In this document: one piece after another, positions 25,530 through 38,700 of the stretch
Numbering within the stretch: position 1 is the stretch's first letter
How the letters are laid out: the number at the start of each line of letters is the position of its first letter
DNA from: Lama guanicoe
Taxonomy: Eukaryota
Reading direction: 5' to 3'
Length of the DNA stretch: 64,000 bases
NCBI GenBank assembly: GCA_013239625.1
Contig: MU053487.1
Span: 1,507,058-1,571,057 of the forward strand
The notes under the pieces: generated by a model
What the model was told of the DNA's origin: nothing
What the model saw: the letters and a program-made list of their open reading frames with translations, nothing else
The model's database searches: none
Program-made: the position numbers and the translations under genes

Positions 25530-25631
25530 TTCTCTCTCTCTCTCCCTCTCTCTCTCTCCCTCTCTCTCTCTCCCTCTCTCTCTCTCCCTCTCTCTCTCTC
25601 CCTCTCTCTCTCCCCCTCTCCCCCCCCCCTC
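25530..25631. repeat. Polypyrimidine (TC)n/(TCCC) tract
   Basis: About 100 bp containing only T and C. Confidence 0.95.
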
Positions 25632-25644
25632 AATTTTGCCAAGA

Positions 25645-25790
25645 GTAATTGCCAGCACTTACCTGATGGTCACTCTGTGACAAGTACTGTTCTAGATACC
25701 ATATGTGAATTCACACAATCTCCCAGTAATTGACTACAACAATCTCCATTTTAAAGATGAGAAATGGAGGTGTGGAAGTTCACACTGCTC
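25645..25790 (-). mobile_element. MIR fragment
   Basis: cagcactta...tactgttctagat...ctccattttaaagatgagaaatggagg is the antisense MIR core. Confidence 0.65.
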
Positions 25791-28700
25791 CTAAGAGAGG
25801 ACACCAGTATTTGCTCGAAATGCAAAACAGGCATACACTAAGACCCATAAATGTTGTTTTTCCCCTGGTCTTGTCCAGGACTTACCTCCTAACTTCACCC
25901 CAGATTACGGTCAGGGAAAGAAAGAATGCAGCATGGGTGGGTGTTGACTCCCCGGGTGACTCTGTCAGAACTCCAAAGTCAAGAACCTTTTGTTCTGTGA
26001 ACCCACTTCACAGTTTTATAGCACTCATCCCCCGGAGGCTCCTTCTGGACTTCTGACTTAATTCAAACATGAGGGACTGCAAGGTGTTTTGCTCTTGTTC
26101 TTTGAAGAGTTCTGTTTACAACGCCCCTAGGGGTTTATGATTATGTCAGACGTGTCGAGTTTGGTTGAAAATGGTTGGGGGTCTCTGAAGGCTCTATTTT
26201 CTTCCAGTGTTTGCTTGGATGGTCACCGCCTGGCTAGGTCAGCAGATACCTCCTGACAGCAAGGACATTCTGCTTCTTGAGTTGCTGACTGTAATTTCCA
26301 AAGCTGAGGTCTGAGTGTGATGTTCCACTGCATTCTGGTCCATTACCTGCTAGACTCACGTGCTCCATCTCTGTGTTGCCTCCTTCTTACCCCCCCGGGG
26401 CTTGTCTCAAGATACCTCTGGCATTAATTACAACTTTCACTGGTGTCTTAAGACTGTGAAAAATGTCAGGTCAATCTAGAACCACTCAGTGTCCCCCCAG
26501 ATTAGGGTGAGTTTAAAGGTTTGAGTGGCTTTTTTTTCATAATCAAAGATGAGAACTAGACTTAAAAGTGCCATCAGTTTTTTTTTCCATAGCTATGTAA
26601 CTATTACCTCTGTGCATGCTTATTAACCATTTCAAAGGAATTTAGTACAGTGGAAAATCAGAGAAATAAGTTAGGATGAGTATATCTATGAGGAACTTAA
26701 AAATTCATGTTTTATTTGAATAAAAGTAGAAAGTAGAAATTCTGCAGTGTTTTAAAAGCATGAAGAGAATACCACCTCCCTACCCCCATGGATTATGACA
26801 CTTTCATTTGGACTTTTTGGAAAATCCATTAGTCTCTGAAATTCACTGATATTCAAACTTTTATAGCTGCATTTCGTGGGGAGGGGGGGTTCATACCTAT
26901 TTTTTTCCAGATCATTCCAATGTCTTGTGACACAGTGAATTAAATGTACAGAGCTGGAAAAAATAGATATGAGTTCTGTGTTTTTGTCTACTGAATGGAA
27001 ATTTGGCCCATGTGTATCCTTTTTTTTTTAAATTGTTCATTCAAAGCCCTTTGCTCATTGTGTAAAGTGTGCCAAGCACAATGCCAAGGTGCTAAGAATG
27101 GTATGAAACCTCAGATCCTTTCCTTGGGACCGAAGTCCTCGGGAGGAGCCCTTCACCGGCTCTGCGTCAGTTCCTCCGCTCGCGAGCCTCTCAGGCTGGC
27201 CATCTACTCTCGTCGGTCTACTTTCTCGTCACTCTAAGTGGCTTCTCCAACTCTCACCTGTCCCTCCCTTTCTCTGGACTTCACTGAGGGTAAGGAAGTG
27301 ATGGGATGGGGTTTGATACATTTCTCATGTCTGGGAAGAATCTAGACTCTCTTTTAGCATAATAAGATTCACAAGTGACAGGTAGAGAAAATTCATCTTC
27401 ACAATGCAAGGTGCCTGATCGAATGCTTGATGCTCCTGTATGAAGCATCAGCCTCAGCCTTTGCATTCCTCCATCCAGGATTAGAAACAGACATAGTAGG
27501 TATGATTCCCTACCTTACGTTGAAGATCTTACACCAAAAGAGTCAGACTTGAAAGTTGTCAGGAAGGAGGAGAATGGAGGGGTCCACGAGAAGAAGTGTG
27601 GAGCCCCTTGCTGACTTAAGGCAGGTGGCCACTGAGTATACTTTCAGAATCTAGAATGAAGCTCCTGTGCTAGGGAGAGAGAAAAGGCACGTGTATGCTG
27701 AGTTGGCAAAAGCGGTTTCAAAATCTCTAGCATCCAGTGGACTATGTGTAGCTTGTAATTTAACTTTTGAACATAAGTTAAAGAACAAGTTAAACATGCT
27801 TTAGGAACCTGCGTGTGCCCCACCGCCTAACAGTTTTATAGAATCAGTACCACTCCGTTCTTTCGTGATACAACCAACCAATTCAATAACCAACTTTTCA
27901 GGTTAAGATGTGGCAGTCAGTCAACTTTACTAAGCTGTGGATGATTGATTAAATACTACTTTTGCCAAAGTTAAATAAGCAGGTGCCTTGTAAAGGGAGG
28001 GAATTAGCATGATGGTACCAGAAGACCTAAGTTAAAGAGAATTACAGCAAATATCAGTTTAGCTCTGAACTTTGCAGAAGGGGGAATGAACGAAATAAAC
28101 CATGAAGGTATTTAATAGGTTAGTGGAGCCTGATTGGTGGCACAGAGGGAGGGAACTTAAAAGATTAAATTATTCCATCCCATTTATTCTGATGAATCTG
28201 TAAAGTTAACTCTCCAATTGAAGTTAATTGCAATGGAAATTTCACATTATAAATCAATTTTTCCCTAAATATTTCTTGGTGTCATTGGCTCAGAAATATT
28301 TAAATACAGTGCTCATTTGTGCTTAAGGATCCACAGCTCATGGGAGATTTAGCTGCTGCTACTTCTCTTAGGTCTGGTGTTGCCCTAATTCTCCTATTTT
28401 CTTACTCTGCACAAATCCTCAGTTTGGGCATTTGCTAGGGTAGAACCTCTTTTAGTACACTAACATTTGTCTCTAAAGTGAGAGCTGATGCTTTTCAGTT
28501 CAACACACTCCTTTTTTCACTTAAGATTTTCTGAAATGGATTAAGAGAAGTTTGCTCTGAATTTCAGATTATGTAAACTGGATCTCAGGTTACCTAAAAT
28601 GAAATAGTCTGTACTGGCTTCAGAGTCCGTAATCAATCATTTTGACCAAGAACATAATTGAAAATATTTCTGTGTACCATGTAATATTCTTATAAGATCA

Positions 28701-30294
28701 GTTTGGAAGACAGGAATATGTTCTGGTAAAACCTTACTTCACATCTGTAGAATCTCTCAGATGCTTACCATTATTTAGGCCACTGTTAGGGAGAATTTTG
28801 TTTTTAATCCTAAATGATGCAAATATCAGTCTTACCAGTGAGTCTACTTTATGTCCTGTGGATCCTGAGTGACTCTCATCCAGCTTATCTGTTAGGCATG
28901 GAGGCTCCATGAGTCCAGGGAATTGCAGACTCACCCAAGAAGGAACGTGACAGACCTGAAACAACCTGCAAATTGTTTACCTAGGCCATCCTGTAACCTC
29001 ACTGTCTTGGAGAATCCTTCCACACGTGATCTTACAGACTGAGAGAACACTCCCAAGGTCTCAGGATCTACCTAAACGCAAGTGAACATCCTTGGTTGAG
29101 TCTAGCTGAAGGCCATCCAAAACTGGGCCATATGTCACAAAACAAGAACAGAGTTCTCCCTAATCCACCTTTATTCTATGTTGGCCTCCAGTACGATGTG
29201 TATAGGGAGATTACCTATATTTTTATTTTAAGGATTATATTTTGAGGAAACATATAAGGAGCATTTTTATAGAGTGACTCTAAAATTTGTGTCTTTCATG
29301 CAAAGCACCTCTTCTCCTCCAAGATTCTCAGGAAAGTAGTGCATAACTCTGGGATTCAGAATTCCACATTTTCCTAGGCTCTACAGGTGCCTGGTGCTCC
29401 AATGCAGATACCCAAGTAAGGGATAAGTTAGACCAGGTGACTCAGACTTAAAAGTCTAAGTAGGTCTTCCATACATCTTCACTCTCCTTTTCACTTTCCA
29501 CATTACCCCCACCACAAAGGAAGGAAAAATAAGCAAGTAAAGAAACAAATAAATGATAACCCAAACACACAGAAACAAAAAACACTGAATCTAAATGTGA
29601 GGCCAGAAACCTCAGCCATGTCTTCAAAGATAGCTGGCTTGGGTCAGAATGGGATCTGAGCCTGTACTGTCACAGAAACCTCAAAGTGAAAAAGAGAGGC
29701 AAGAGGACGGTTATCTTTCCCAATGAAGGTGTGCAGTCTGCCCAGATCCAAAGCATGACATTCAAGAGAAGGAAGGAACATGGTCTTCTTTCTTCAAGGC
29801 ACAGTGACTCCACCCTGCCAGGAGCACAGGACTAACCAAGGCTCTGATGATAGAATGGGCAGCTCTTTCTGTTTTGGTTGGAGAGTTAAAGGCAGGCCTG
29901 ATACATGAAGAGAAAGCAAATTAACCTTGGAAGAATGCCTTCTCTTTTCTTTTAATCCACTTAGCTTGACGCTCAAGCTTATGTTTAATCACCGAGGGGG
30001 CAGTCAGAGGATTCTCAAGATGTCCTGCTTCTGTGGTGAGGCATTTCCCCAACTTTGATCACAGCACTTCTGTATTTTCCCCATTGCCATACATAGTTCA
30101 GTACAGAACAGCCACGACAGCACAGCCCAAAGGAAAGACAACACACAGGAGAGGATATGCTTTTCCTTTTACATATATGTTAAAGGCAGATGTAGCACCC
30201 GAGCCTTTTAGTTGGACTAATACAGACACCCCGGGGTCCCACAATGGGAAATAAGTAAACCCAAGTTCAGTATGTCTGAAGTGTCTGTGAATTG

Positions 30295-30382
30295 TCCCAT
30301 CCAAGTACTAACCAGGTCCGACTCCGCTTAGCTTCAGAGATCAGAAGAGATCCAATATGTTCAGGGTGGTATGGCAGTAGAC
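30295..30382 (-). pseudogene. 5S rRNA retropseudogene, nt 1-88, tailless
   Basis: The reverse complement GTCTACTGCCATACCACCCTGAAC...GAAGCTAAGC...CCTGGTTAGTACTTGGATGGGA matches mammalian 5S at 76 of 88 positions by hand alignment. TSD gtgtctgtgaatt at 30281-30293 and 30387-30399. Confidence 0.95.
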
Positions 30383-31114
30383 CAAGGTGTCTGTGAATTC
30401 TAGATTGAGGTTACTGGCCCAGATGAGATCAGACTAGAGGATTGTCAGTTCCAGAGCTGAAGGAAAGCCTTCTCTGTACATAACCAGGTTTGTTCTTTAT
30501 ATTCCAAGGTGCTATTTCTGCAAGTGCTGCATTCCCCAGGTAAAATTCCATGCTGGGGGCTTAGATATAGGACATAGAACTGCGGTTGGCCTTTCCCCAA
30601 ACTGTCCCTTGGTCTTTCGTAAGCAAGCACACCTAACATCAGCACATTTGCTCCTTTTCTTTTCTAATTGTTTCTTCTTCTTTCCAAGGCAGTAATTTTT
30701 TTTCTTTACCACCTGGTAACTGAAAGATGTGGCGATGCTAGAAAATAATACAGGAAGCTAACATTTGCTCCCTTTCATATTGAAATCTTTTTCTGTTCTT
30801 CTCATTTCCTTCTTCCATTTTCCACCCCTCCTTCTACCCATCAACTCTCGATTTCTTTTCCGAGATGTAATATACTCCTTGGCTGCTGTGACTGTAGTTC
30901 TCTCAGTCCTTTCACATATTAAGCTGTATCAAAGAATGAAGCAGGAGTGTAGCTCACATGGAAATAAAGAATAATTACTGAAATTTTTGCTGCATTCCTT
31001 ATGTTACAGAGTCATCTTTCTTTCCTATGATTCAAGGACATACTTATTCGTAATCTTTTATTTATTTTTTCTGGATGTTATAACACCTATTTTGTTCCCT
31101 CTTGAGACATTTAT

Positions 31115-31580
31115 CAGGCTGTATAATGTGTCATGCCAAAACTTAATGACTTAAAACAATAACCGTCTGTTAAACCCACAAGTCTATGCATCATGAACTA
31201 GTACTGGGCTCAACTGAACAGTTCTACTTCTCTGACCAGGGTTGGTTAATCCCAGCTGGCCTCATCCATTTGTCAGGGATCAGCTTCCAGGGTGGCTGCG
31301 GGCTTGACTGGCCCAGGTGGCCCGGATGGAACGACTTATTTCACTTGCCCTCCTGCAGGCTAGCCCAGGCCTGCCCACACGCAGTCCAGGGTAGGATATC
31401 CCCACACTGAGAAAAAAAGATGCAAGGTCTCTAGAAGCCCAGACTGAGATCTTGAAAAATGACATTTGGCTGCATTTTATTGAACAATTCAACTCAAAGT
31501 TTAGAAGATGGAAGGAGACTTAGACTCCACCCTTTGATGGGAGGATAGAAGTTGGCAAGCATTTTTGTGATCCACCACAG
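31115..31580 (-). mobile_element. MLT1 LTR
   Basis: caaaacttaatgacttaaaacaataacc...tgggctcaactg...gcaaggtctctag...tagactccacc..ttgatgggagg. Confidence 0.65.
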
Positions 31581-31584
31581 AACA

Positions 31585-31850
31585 GTGGAGGTGGTTCAGT
31601 GCAGCTCTGATATTTGAGGTTGGAGTCAGAGCCCATGTTTCACAACTGATTAACTCTGTACACGTTGCTCACTCCTATGCAGCTCCATTTCCCCATGTAA
31701 AATGGAGGTAATAATAGTATGTATGCCATAGAGTTGTTGAAGATAAATAAGAATTTATACTCACATGTAATATGAGCATAGCACTGTGACTGACGCACAG
31801 TAAGGAAATGTATTTGAGCCATTGTTATACTATTATAATTATTTTTATTA
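31585..31850 (+). mobile_element. MIR
   Basis: tggagtcaga...ctccatttccccatgtaaaatggaggtaataatagta...catagagttgttgaagataaat...gcacagtaag. Confidence 0.8.
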
Positions 31851-33814
31851 TTAGATCTTTGAGGTCTGGCTCTTCATTTAGATATATGATGGATAATCTG
31901 TAATTTTTTCAAGGCCTTGTGAATTACAGTGAAACCCACAAGCACCTTTGACTTGAAGAAATATTATTCTTATATTTGTTAATCACAGACATACTTGACC
32001 TTGGGATGGTAAATGTAACTTTAATCTCCTTCTGACTGCATGACACATGCAATTTATTGATTTTGGCAACTTTTTCCTAAGTTTTTCTGAACAGTGCTCC
32101 AGAAAGCTACTACCAGTTGACCAAGGGTGGTACAATAGATAAAAATACTCTTATTATACTAAAGAGGGGGTCGGAAGCCAAGGGCACACTGGTAATTAGT
32201 CTATCTAACTAGACTAATTAGAACCATTTAGTCAATCTAAAGAAAGAAAATAAATTGCAAAAACAAAGACGACTCTTCATAAAAGGTCACCAGGAAAAGT
32301 CAGGCTAATTATGGGAGTGCAGCCTGGCTTGTGGATAAGAATGTGCAGGCACCTATTCTGGACATTAGACAGATCATAACCTTATCTCCGTTCATACCAC
32401 TGTCTGTCACTGAGTCCAGGTCAAGGAACAACGAATAATAAAATATCGTATAATGTTTAGAAGATTTAGCAAAGAATTTATTCAGGAATCACTTTGGGCA
32501 AGCCCCTTAATCTCTCAGAATCTGATTACTCATCTGTTAAATGGAAGTAATAAAACAGAGCTGCTGATAAATTCAGGACTCCCTGGGGAGGAGATGTAAA
32601 GAAACCAATTATGACACTTGTAAGAAATAAGACACCAAGAACACAGTTCAGCTCTGCATCTACAATATAAATATTAGGATTAAAAACATGTTTCCAAATA
32701 TTTTAGTGCCATGCGTCTCCTAGACACAACAGTCAGGAGCGGGTAGTTTTTTACGATTAAATGAACATTTTTGATACTTTATGTTGCTGGAATTCAAGAG
32801 AACTCTGTAAGTGGTCCTGAGTGCCTTCCCTTAGATGAGAAGGAAAACTGCTTCTACATTTCTCCTTGCCCTCTCTGACTGACGATTGACCTGATGGGCT
32901 TTGCTACAGTTAAGGGGGCCTTTTCAGTAAAGCATAGCCATACAACTACGTGTAGGGTGTGAGGACTGCCTTGTATACTGAGCTGTAGTCTTCACGCCAC
33001 CTCAGAAGGGAGGCTTTGTGGCTGTCTCCAGTTTATAAGTAAGTCTTAGAGTGAAGTGCTTTTCCCAAGGTCATGCAACAAGTTGCTTTTGAGGAATTGC
33101 TCTGGCAGCAACTTTTTTTCCCTCGGATTCCTACATCAATCTATAGTACTCTTAGGGGAACATGACCACTTGGTAAGTTTATAAATGTCATTGTGTGATT
33201 GCAGAAGTGTCAGATGGCTACTTAGGTAAATATTTTCAATACAAAATACTGATGGTAAAATGTAGTTAACATCCCCGTTAAACAGAAAAAAAATTTGTTA
33301 ACTTCATACTTTCTCCAGTTATATACATAAAACTTCCATATACTAAGTTTTATTAATAGAGTCATCACTAATTTAACAGTGAATAGGGTTTAGAATATAC
33401 TTCTGTTCATCCATGTGGTAGGATTATTGGCTTTTATTCCTAGGGCTTCCAGAGCAGTCAGATAATATAGTATAAGATGGTGATGATGATGGTGGCGGTG
33501 ATGGTGATGGTCACCATTGTTGAGCTTCTAAGTGGCACTTTGGAATTGCAAAATTCCTTGATGTCACATTCTATTTTGTACAGCAATCCCAGGAGTTAAG
33601 TCAGTACAGTCTTGTCTTCACTTTATAATTAGAGAAAAGAGGGATCCAAATGCCAAAAAAGCCTAGTAATAGGATGTTAGCTCCTAGCCTCGCTTAATAC
33701 ATGTCGAGAAATATAACTGTTTAGATGCAAAAATAACACTCATCTACCACCATTTCAATTGCTGTGTATAGGTATGAATGTGAAAGAGCCTAGAGGGGCT
33801 TGAAAACATCAAGT

Positions 33815-34385
33815 TCATAAAGATTTATTCAGTAATCCAAGTTCAGCGTTAGGTTCGAAGGATAAGGAACATAAATAAAAACAGATGCCTTGAGTCCCTG
33901 ACAGAGCATACAGTCTACCAGATGAGCAGGAGATTGACCAAACATTCAAGCAGTAAATACATGTAAGATTTCAACTACAACGTTGGGAGGCTTTGGTTCT
34001 GTGAGAAGTGAACTAATGTGAGAAAGACAGAGGACCTAACAGGCTGACAGAGCCTGGCTGGAGTCCTGGTGGTGGGAAGGTGCACTGCACCTGTGGTGTG
34101 GCTTGTAGCATCTGTATGACCCCTGAGGGTCTTTGGCTTTCACCCACAATGAGAACACGTTTTGACTTACATATTATCATAACTTCTCTGGTGGTTATAT
34201 TGAAAATACAACAGAAGAGGGTAATGGTTGAGCAACCAGCAGCTCTAATGGACCAATTAGGAGACAACAAGACAGATGATAGGTAACATTGACTTGTTCC
34301 AAAATTGTAATAGTGAAAATAGAAGGAACACATCAAATTCTTGAAACTTTTCAAATGTAGAGCCAACAGAATTTGCTGATGGGCT
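33815..34385 (-). mobile_element. L2 fragment
   Basis: atttattcagta...ggataaggaacataaataaaaacag...tagagccaacagaatttgctgatgg are antisense L2 motifs. Confidence 0.55.
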
Positions 34386-35549
34386 GTATCTATCGTTAGG
34401 AAATGTGTATGCTGTTACACTAATGAATGGTACCCCTACAACCTACCCCAATACAGAACATCTATTCTTATTAATTATTTTGTGTACAAGAAGGGAATAG
34501 AAATATCTTATATAGATGAAATTAGGAGTTCAAAATCTTGGGTTTGCATCCTGGCTAAGTCAGCTGTGCAAATCTGGACAAATTATTCCATCCTCTGTTT
34601 TCATCGCTTGGTCATGAGGATTAAATGAGTGTCTAGAAGGAGTCATCAACTTTAAAATTCAAAGAAAAATGCACGAAGGAGAAAACAAAAATAATAGTTG
34701 GGGGTTTATAGTTAGAACATAGTTTATTTAGTGCTTGAAATTGGCTCAGTAGATATATTTAACTGTATGAAAGACTATAACCCAAACTAGCAGATTAAAA
34801 CATTGAGAGCCAGTCTTCTAAAATGTCAGTCCTCTCCACAGATCATTATTAGGAGCCTCCAGTGTGATAAGGAAGCTTATAAAAAGGGAGGCACGAAGAC
34901 TTAAACAAAAGAAATTATGATGCAAAATCCTTTCTGCCTTGTCCTCATGCTTAGACTTTAGTTTGTGTTTAGAAAGAACAAAAGAGAAAGAGAGCGAAAG
35001 AGATGTTGTCTGGGGACATGCTTTCAATGCTAAGGTAATTTCAAAAGCAGTTCCTTATTTGGGTCACTGCAGTCCTGGATCTGGAACTCAGCTTCACTAG
35101 TCAGGAAATCTGATGATGTCCTGGTGCTAGAGCTGACTCAGAGGAAGTGACTATCTTAACTGCACTCCCAAGTGGAAGATAAACAAACCAGGAAGCTAAT
35201 TTAATTTTTACGGCTTTGAATTGACCCGATTTTTCATGTCCATTGAATTACACACCTCTCTAGGGTAATCAGAAGCCATATTAGACCAGAAGGCATCTGG
35301 TAAGCCTGATATCAGGACAGAGGCAGTAGGAGGGAAGGTTTGGGGCATAACTCATCCATTCAAAGCCAGCTGAAATGTTCTTGCCCCACATCAGCGTATC
35401 TTTGCAGGATACAGAATGTTCATTGCCTTCGGCAGTCTTCTATGGTCACTGACTACTTCCTTCTCTTTGCTTATCGTTCTTTGAGCACAATTCAAACGTC
35501 CTTCTTTATTTGTGGTCAAAAGCATATCAACTTATAAAATGCACTCTAT

Positions 35550-35745
35550 GAGTAAGTTTGGGAGTCAGGCAGGTCAGCATTTTCTTGAGTTGGGTGACTT
35601 TGAATAAGTTAAACAGCTTGATCACTTTCTTGGCCTGCTTTATGATATGTGAAAAGCAATACCTCCTCTTCGGTTACATTGTGAGGATAAAGGAAATAAG
35701 GCACTTCGTTCTGTGCTTCTCACGTTGTAGACACCCAACAAGACG
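35550..35745 (+). mobile_element. MIR
   Basis: ttgggagtcaggcag...ttgggtgactttgaataagtta...caatacctc...ttgtgaggataaa. Confidence 0.6.
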
Positions 35746-38700
35746 TAGAGCTGTTTTCTCTGTTTAGACTGTTCTCTCTCTTTCCCTCCCCCTTTCCTCC
35801 ATCTCTTCTATTCAGCTATTTTGTCCCTAGACTCAGCTATGCCTTGTTTTCATATGCCCATTCAACCCCTTTAAAATGCGAGCCTCCAGTGATCATGTGC
35901 TGATACTAACACGTGACAGGTAGGAAGCGACTCTTAAGAATCACATCCATTTGAATATTACTTAATTTGTTCAATATATCAACTAATTTGAACTTAATAG
36001 AAATTAAAACCTGAAATATCATATGAATTGCTGAGTGAGCATTTCTTTGTTAATTTTTACTTTAGTAGTTACAAAAAGTGTAAGAATTCTGAGAAACTCT
36101 AATAAAGAATTCTAACAAAGTTAAGAGAACTAATTAGACTATGACTCCCAAGGGAAACTATGATCATGTGAAGGTCAGACAATCCCAAAAGAGAAAAAAG
36201 AACAACTGGAAATACAAAGAATAATGAAATAACAGGGCTAAGCAAGGAGTGCTAGATGTGAATAGTCAACAAACTATGATCCACATGGAAAAAAACGGGA
36301 GAAAAAAGTATCACAGCTGTGATCTAGGTAATGCTAGATATTGGGGACACAAGTTAATGACAGCAGACATACTCACTAAATGTTGCTGAGGTGGAAGATT
36401 CTCCCTTAAGTCACTCACTGTCCAATATTTGATATGTGGTCTGTTCTGAGACAGTTTACTTGTGAAGCAAATTCGTACACAATGCAATTTTGTAAAAGTG
36501 ACTGAGATTAATTTATCTCCAGAATCTAATCACAGATAACTATGTGCTACTCTTACAGGAATTTAATCATATACTCAGTAATCTCAGTATTAGAGAAGAC
36601 CCATATTGTTAATTGTCTTTACAATTTAAATTTATCAAGGGCATTGAGGTGTACCTCTGTTATGTGATGGTGGATCTGTGTACTTTAAACTAGATAGAGC
36701 TAGCTGTTTTTCCTATTGTTAATGGTTTTTGATATATTAATATTATTACTACTACTCATGGGCCCAGTGATTAGAACTGATCATGGTGGTGTCTGTTTTA
36801 TTCATGTATTGTAATTGCTTAAGTAATAGCTTTTTTAGTTGTGACTTCAGATATTTTGATACATTTCACCTTCTGGAGGTTTTGCTCTGGGCACTTTGAC
36901 TGACACAGACTTTGCCACATCTCAGTCATACGTTTTATGACTTTTCCTGAGAAGAGGTCATTTTTAACACATTACTACCTTAATTCAGGTTTTACCTGAG
37001 TTTGACTTAACATTCTGCGATTGAAATTATTTTTTCCATTTTCTTAGAACAATCTATATACCATGAAGTGTTTCCCATAAAGGTCACAATGGGATCAAGT
37101 TGAAACAAAAATGATAAAACTAAAAAGATAATATAATAGATTCTGGCCAATATGGATAATCTAAATAATATAAAATGTATATGACACTTTAAGGGAGAAG
37201 AGCAGAGTGAGGCTTTTTGCAAAATACTAAAACAGGGCTCTTCACATTTTGCTTTGAGCAAAAAGAGCAAAAAAGAATTGTGACTCCTTTAGTTACATTG
37301 TCCTTGATGGGCAAAAATCAGAGTACACATAGATGTTCCCTTGGAGCAGCTTATCTGCTCTTGTGGGGAGAACAACTAAGACTAATCTTATTTCTGCATT
37401 TTGTGATGTGGGGGTGGGAGGCCAGCTTCACCTTGAAAAGTCAACTTGGAGGATATAATATGACAGACACATTGCAGTCAAAGCACTCCAAGATATTTAC
37501 ACTAGGTTTTCCAAATTTTGCTCCTGATATTCCTCCTTGTGAAAGTTTTGACTTTAAAAGTTCAGACATTTTTAAGTTTTATCCTTGTGCAAAGCACCTC
37601 TGGAATTTCTTTAATGTAGCTTGCAAGCTTGTTCTGTATTTATTTCAGCCTTGCCTAACTCAAAAGTAGCGGAACAGATTGTGCTTAGATTGGGCAAAAC
37701 CAATTACCAAACCCTTAGACTAGGGCTAGTCATGGTCCCAGAGATACAATTTGGGGGGAAGCCACGATGGCACGTCAGTACAGGGCTATTAAAGGTTCCA
37801 CTGACAGCTTTGCAGCTTTTAATGCTTCCTAGCGCAGATCTTCTCATAAGGACCTGCAATGTCACTTCAGAAACTGGGCAGCACATTTTACACTCTGCAT
37901 TAACTTTGGTTTTAGCATATGCTTCTGGTCCTATGTTCATTATAAATTGTAACAGCAATGAAAATACTCAGTAATAAATATTGGCTTAGCACTTGAACGT
38001 TGGCAAAGTGCTTTCATCATTATGTTTTTCCAGTAGATCCTTACAACTCCATGTGTTGTAATTTTTCTTTCTTTTAACGGATAAGGAGCCTGAGATTCAT
38101 CAAGTTAATAAAGTGACCCAAGTCCACTTTAGCTCTTCAGAGGTGGAATCAGGACTCTAATCCAATTCTTCATTCATTGAACTATTATATCATGAAAGTG
38201 AGACAAAGGAGTTGCAGCGATGCACAAGACAAGCCGAGTTTGTTTCTTCATCAGATAGACACCCAACAAGGTACACCAAAAAGTGAGCATAGAATCATGA
38301 CTAATTACACAATTACAAGTCATGACGTTCTGAAGGGAAAGGTCAGCACATTCTGAGAAGGGAAAACACAGGCACCTGGTTGAGATTAGGTGGCCTCTCC
38401 GAAGAAGATGCACATGCATTTAATGGAGGCAAGAAGGCATTAACAGGCTCTAACTCTACAGCTCATGTTCAACATTCCACTCAGATGATCTGACAGTAAC
38501 ATAAAGAAATCTCAGTATTAAAAAATAAGGTCCTCATCTTTGTCTTTATTAAAAAAAAAAACACTACTGGTTACTAGTCAAAACGCCCTTTATCTTTAAC
38601 CATATCCAGGCTAATAGGGCAGAATGTAATTACAAGAATAGCTTTGTTTAGGAAGCATTTCTGGATTCTAAAACCAGAAGGACATGAGCTTCCTCCTGAA

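Noticed and set aside
29989-30004. CTCF-like motif caccgagggggcag
   Set aside because: The 5' half deviates from the consensus, so it cannot be supported from sequence alone.
30295-30382. Functional 5S rRNA gene
   Set aside because: It lacks the last ~32 nt and the terminator, has 12 mismatches, and is a single copy with a TSD.
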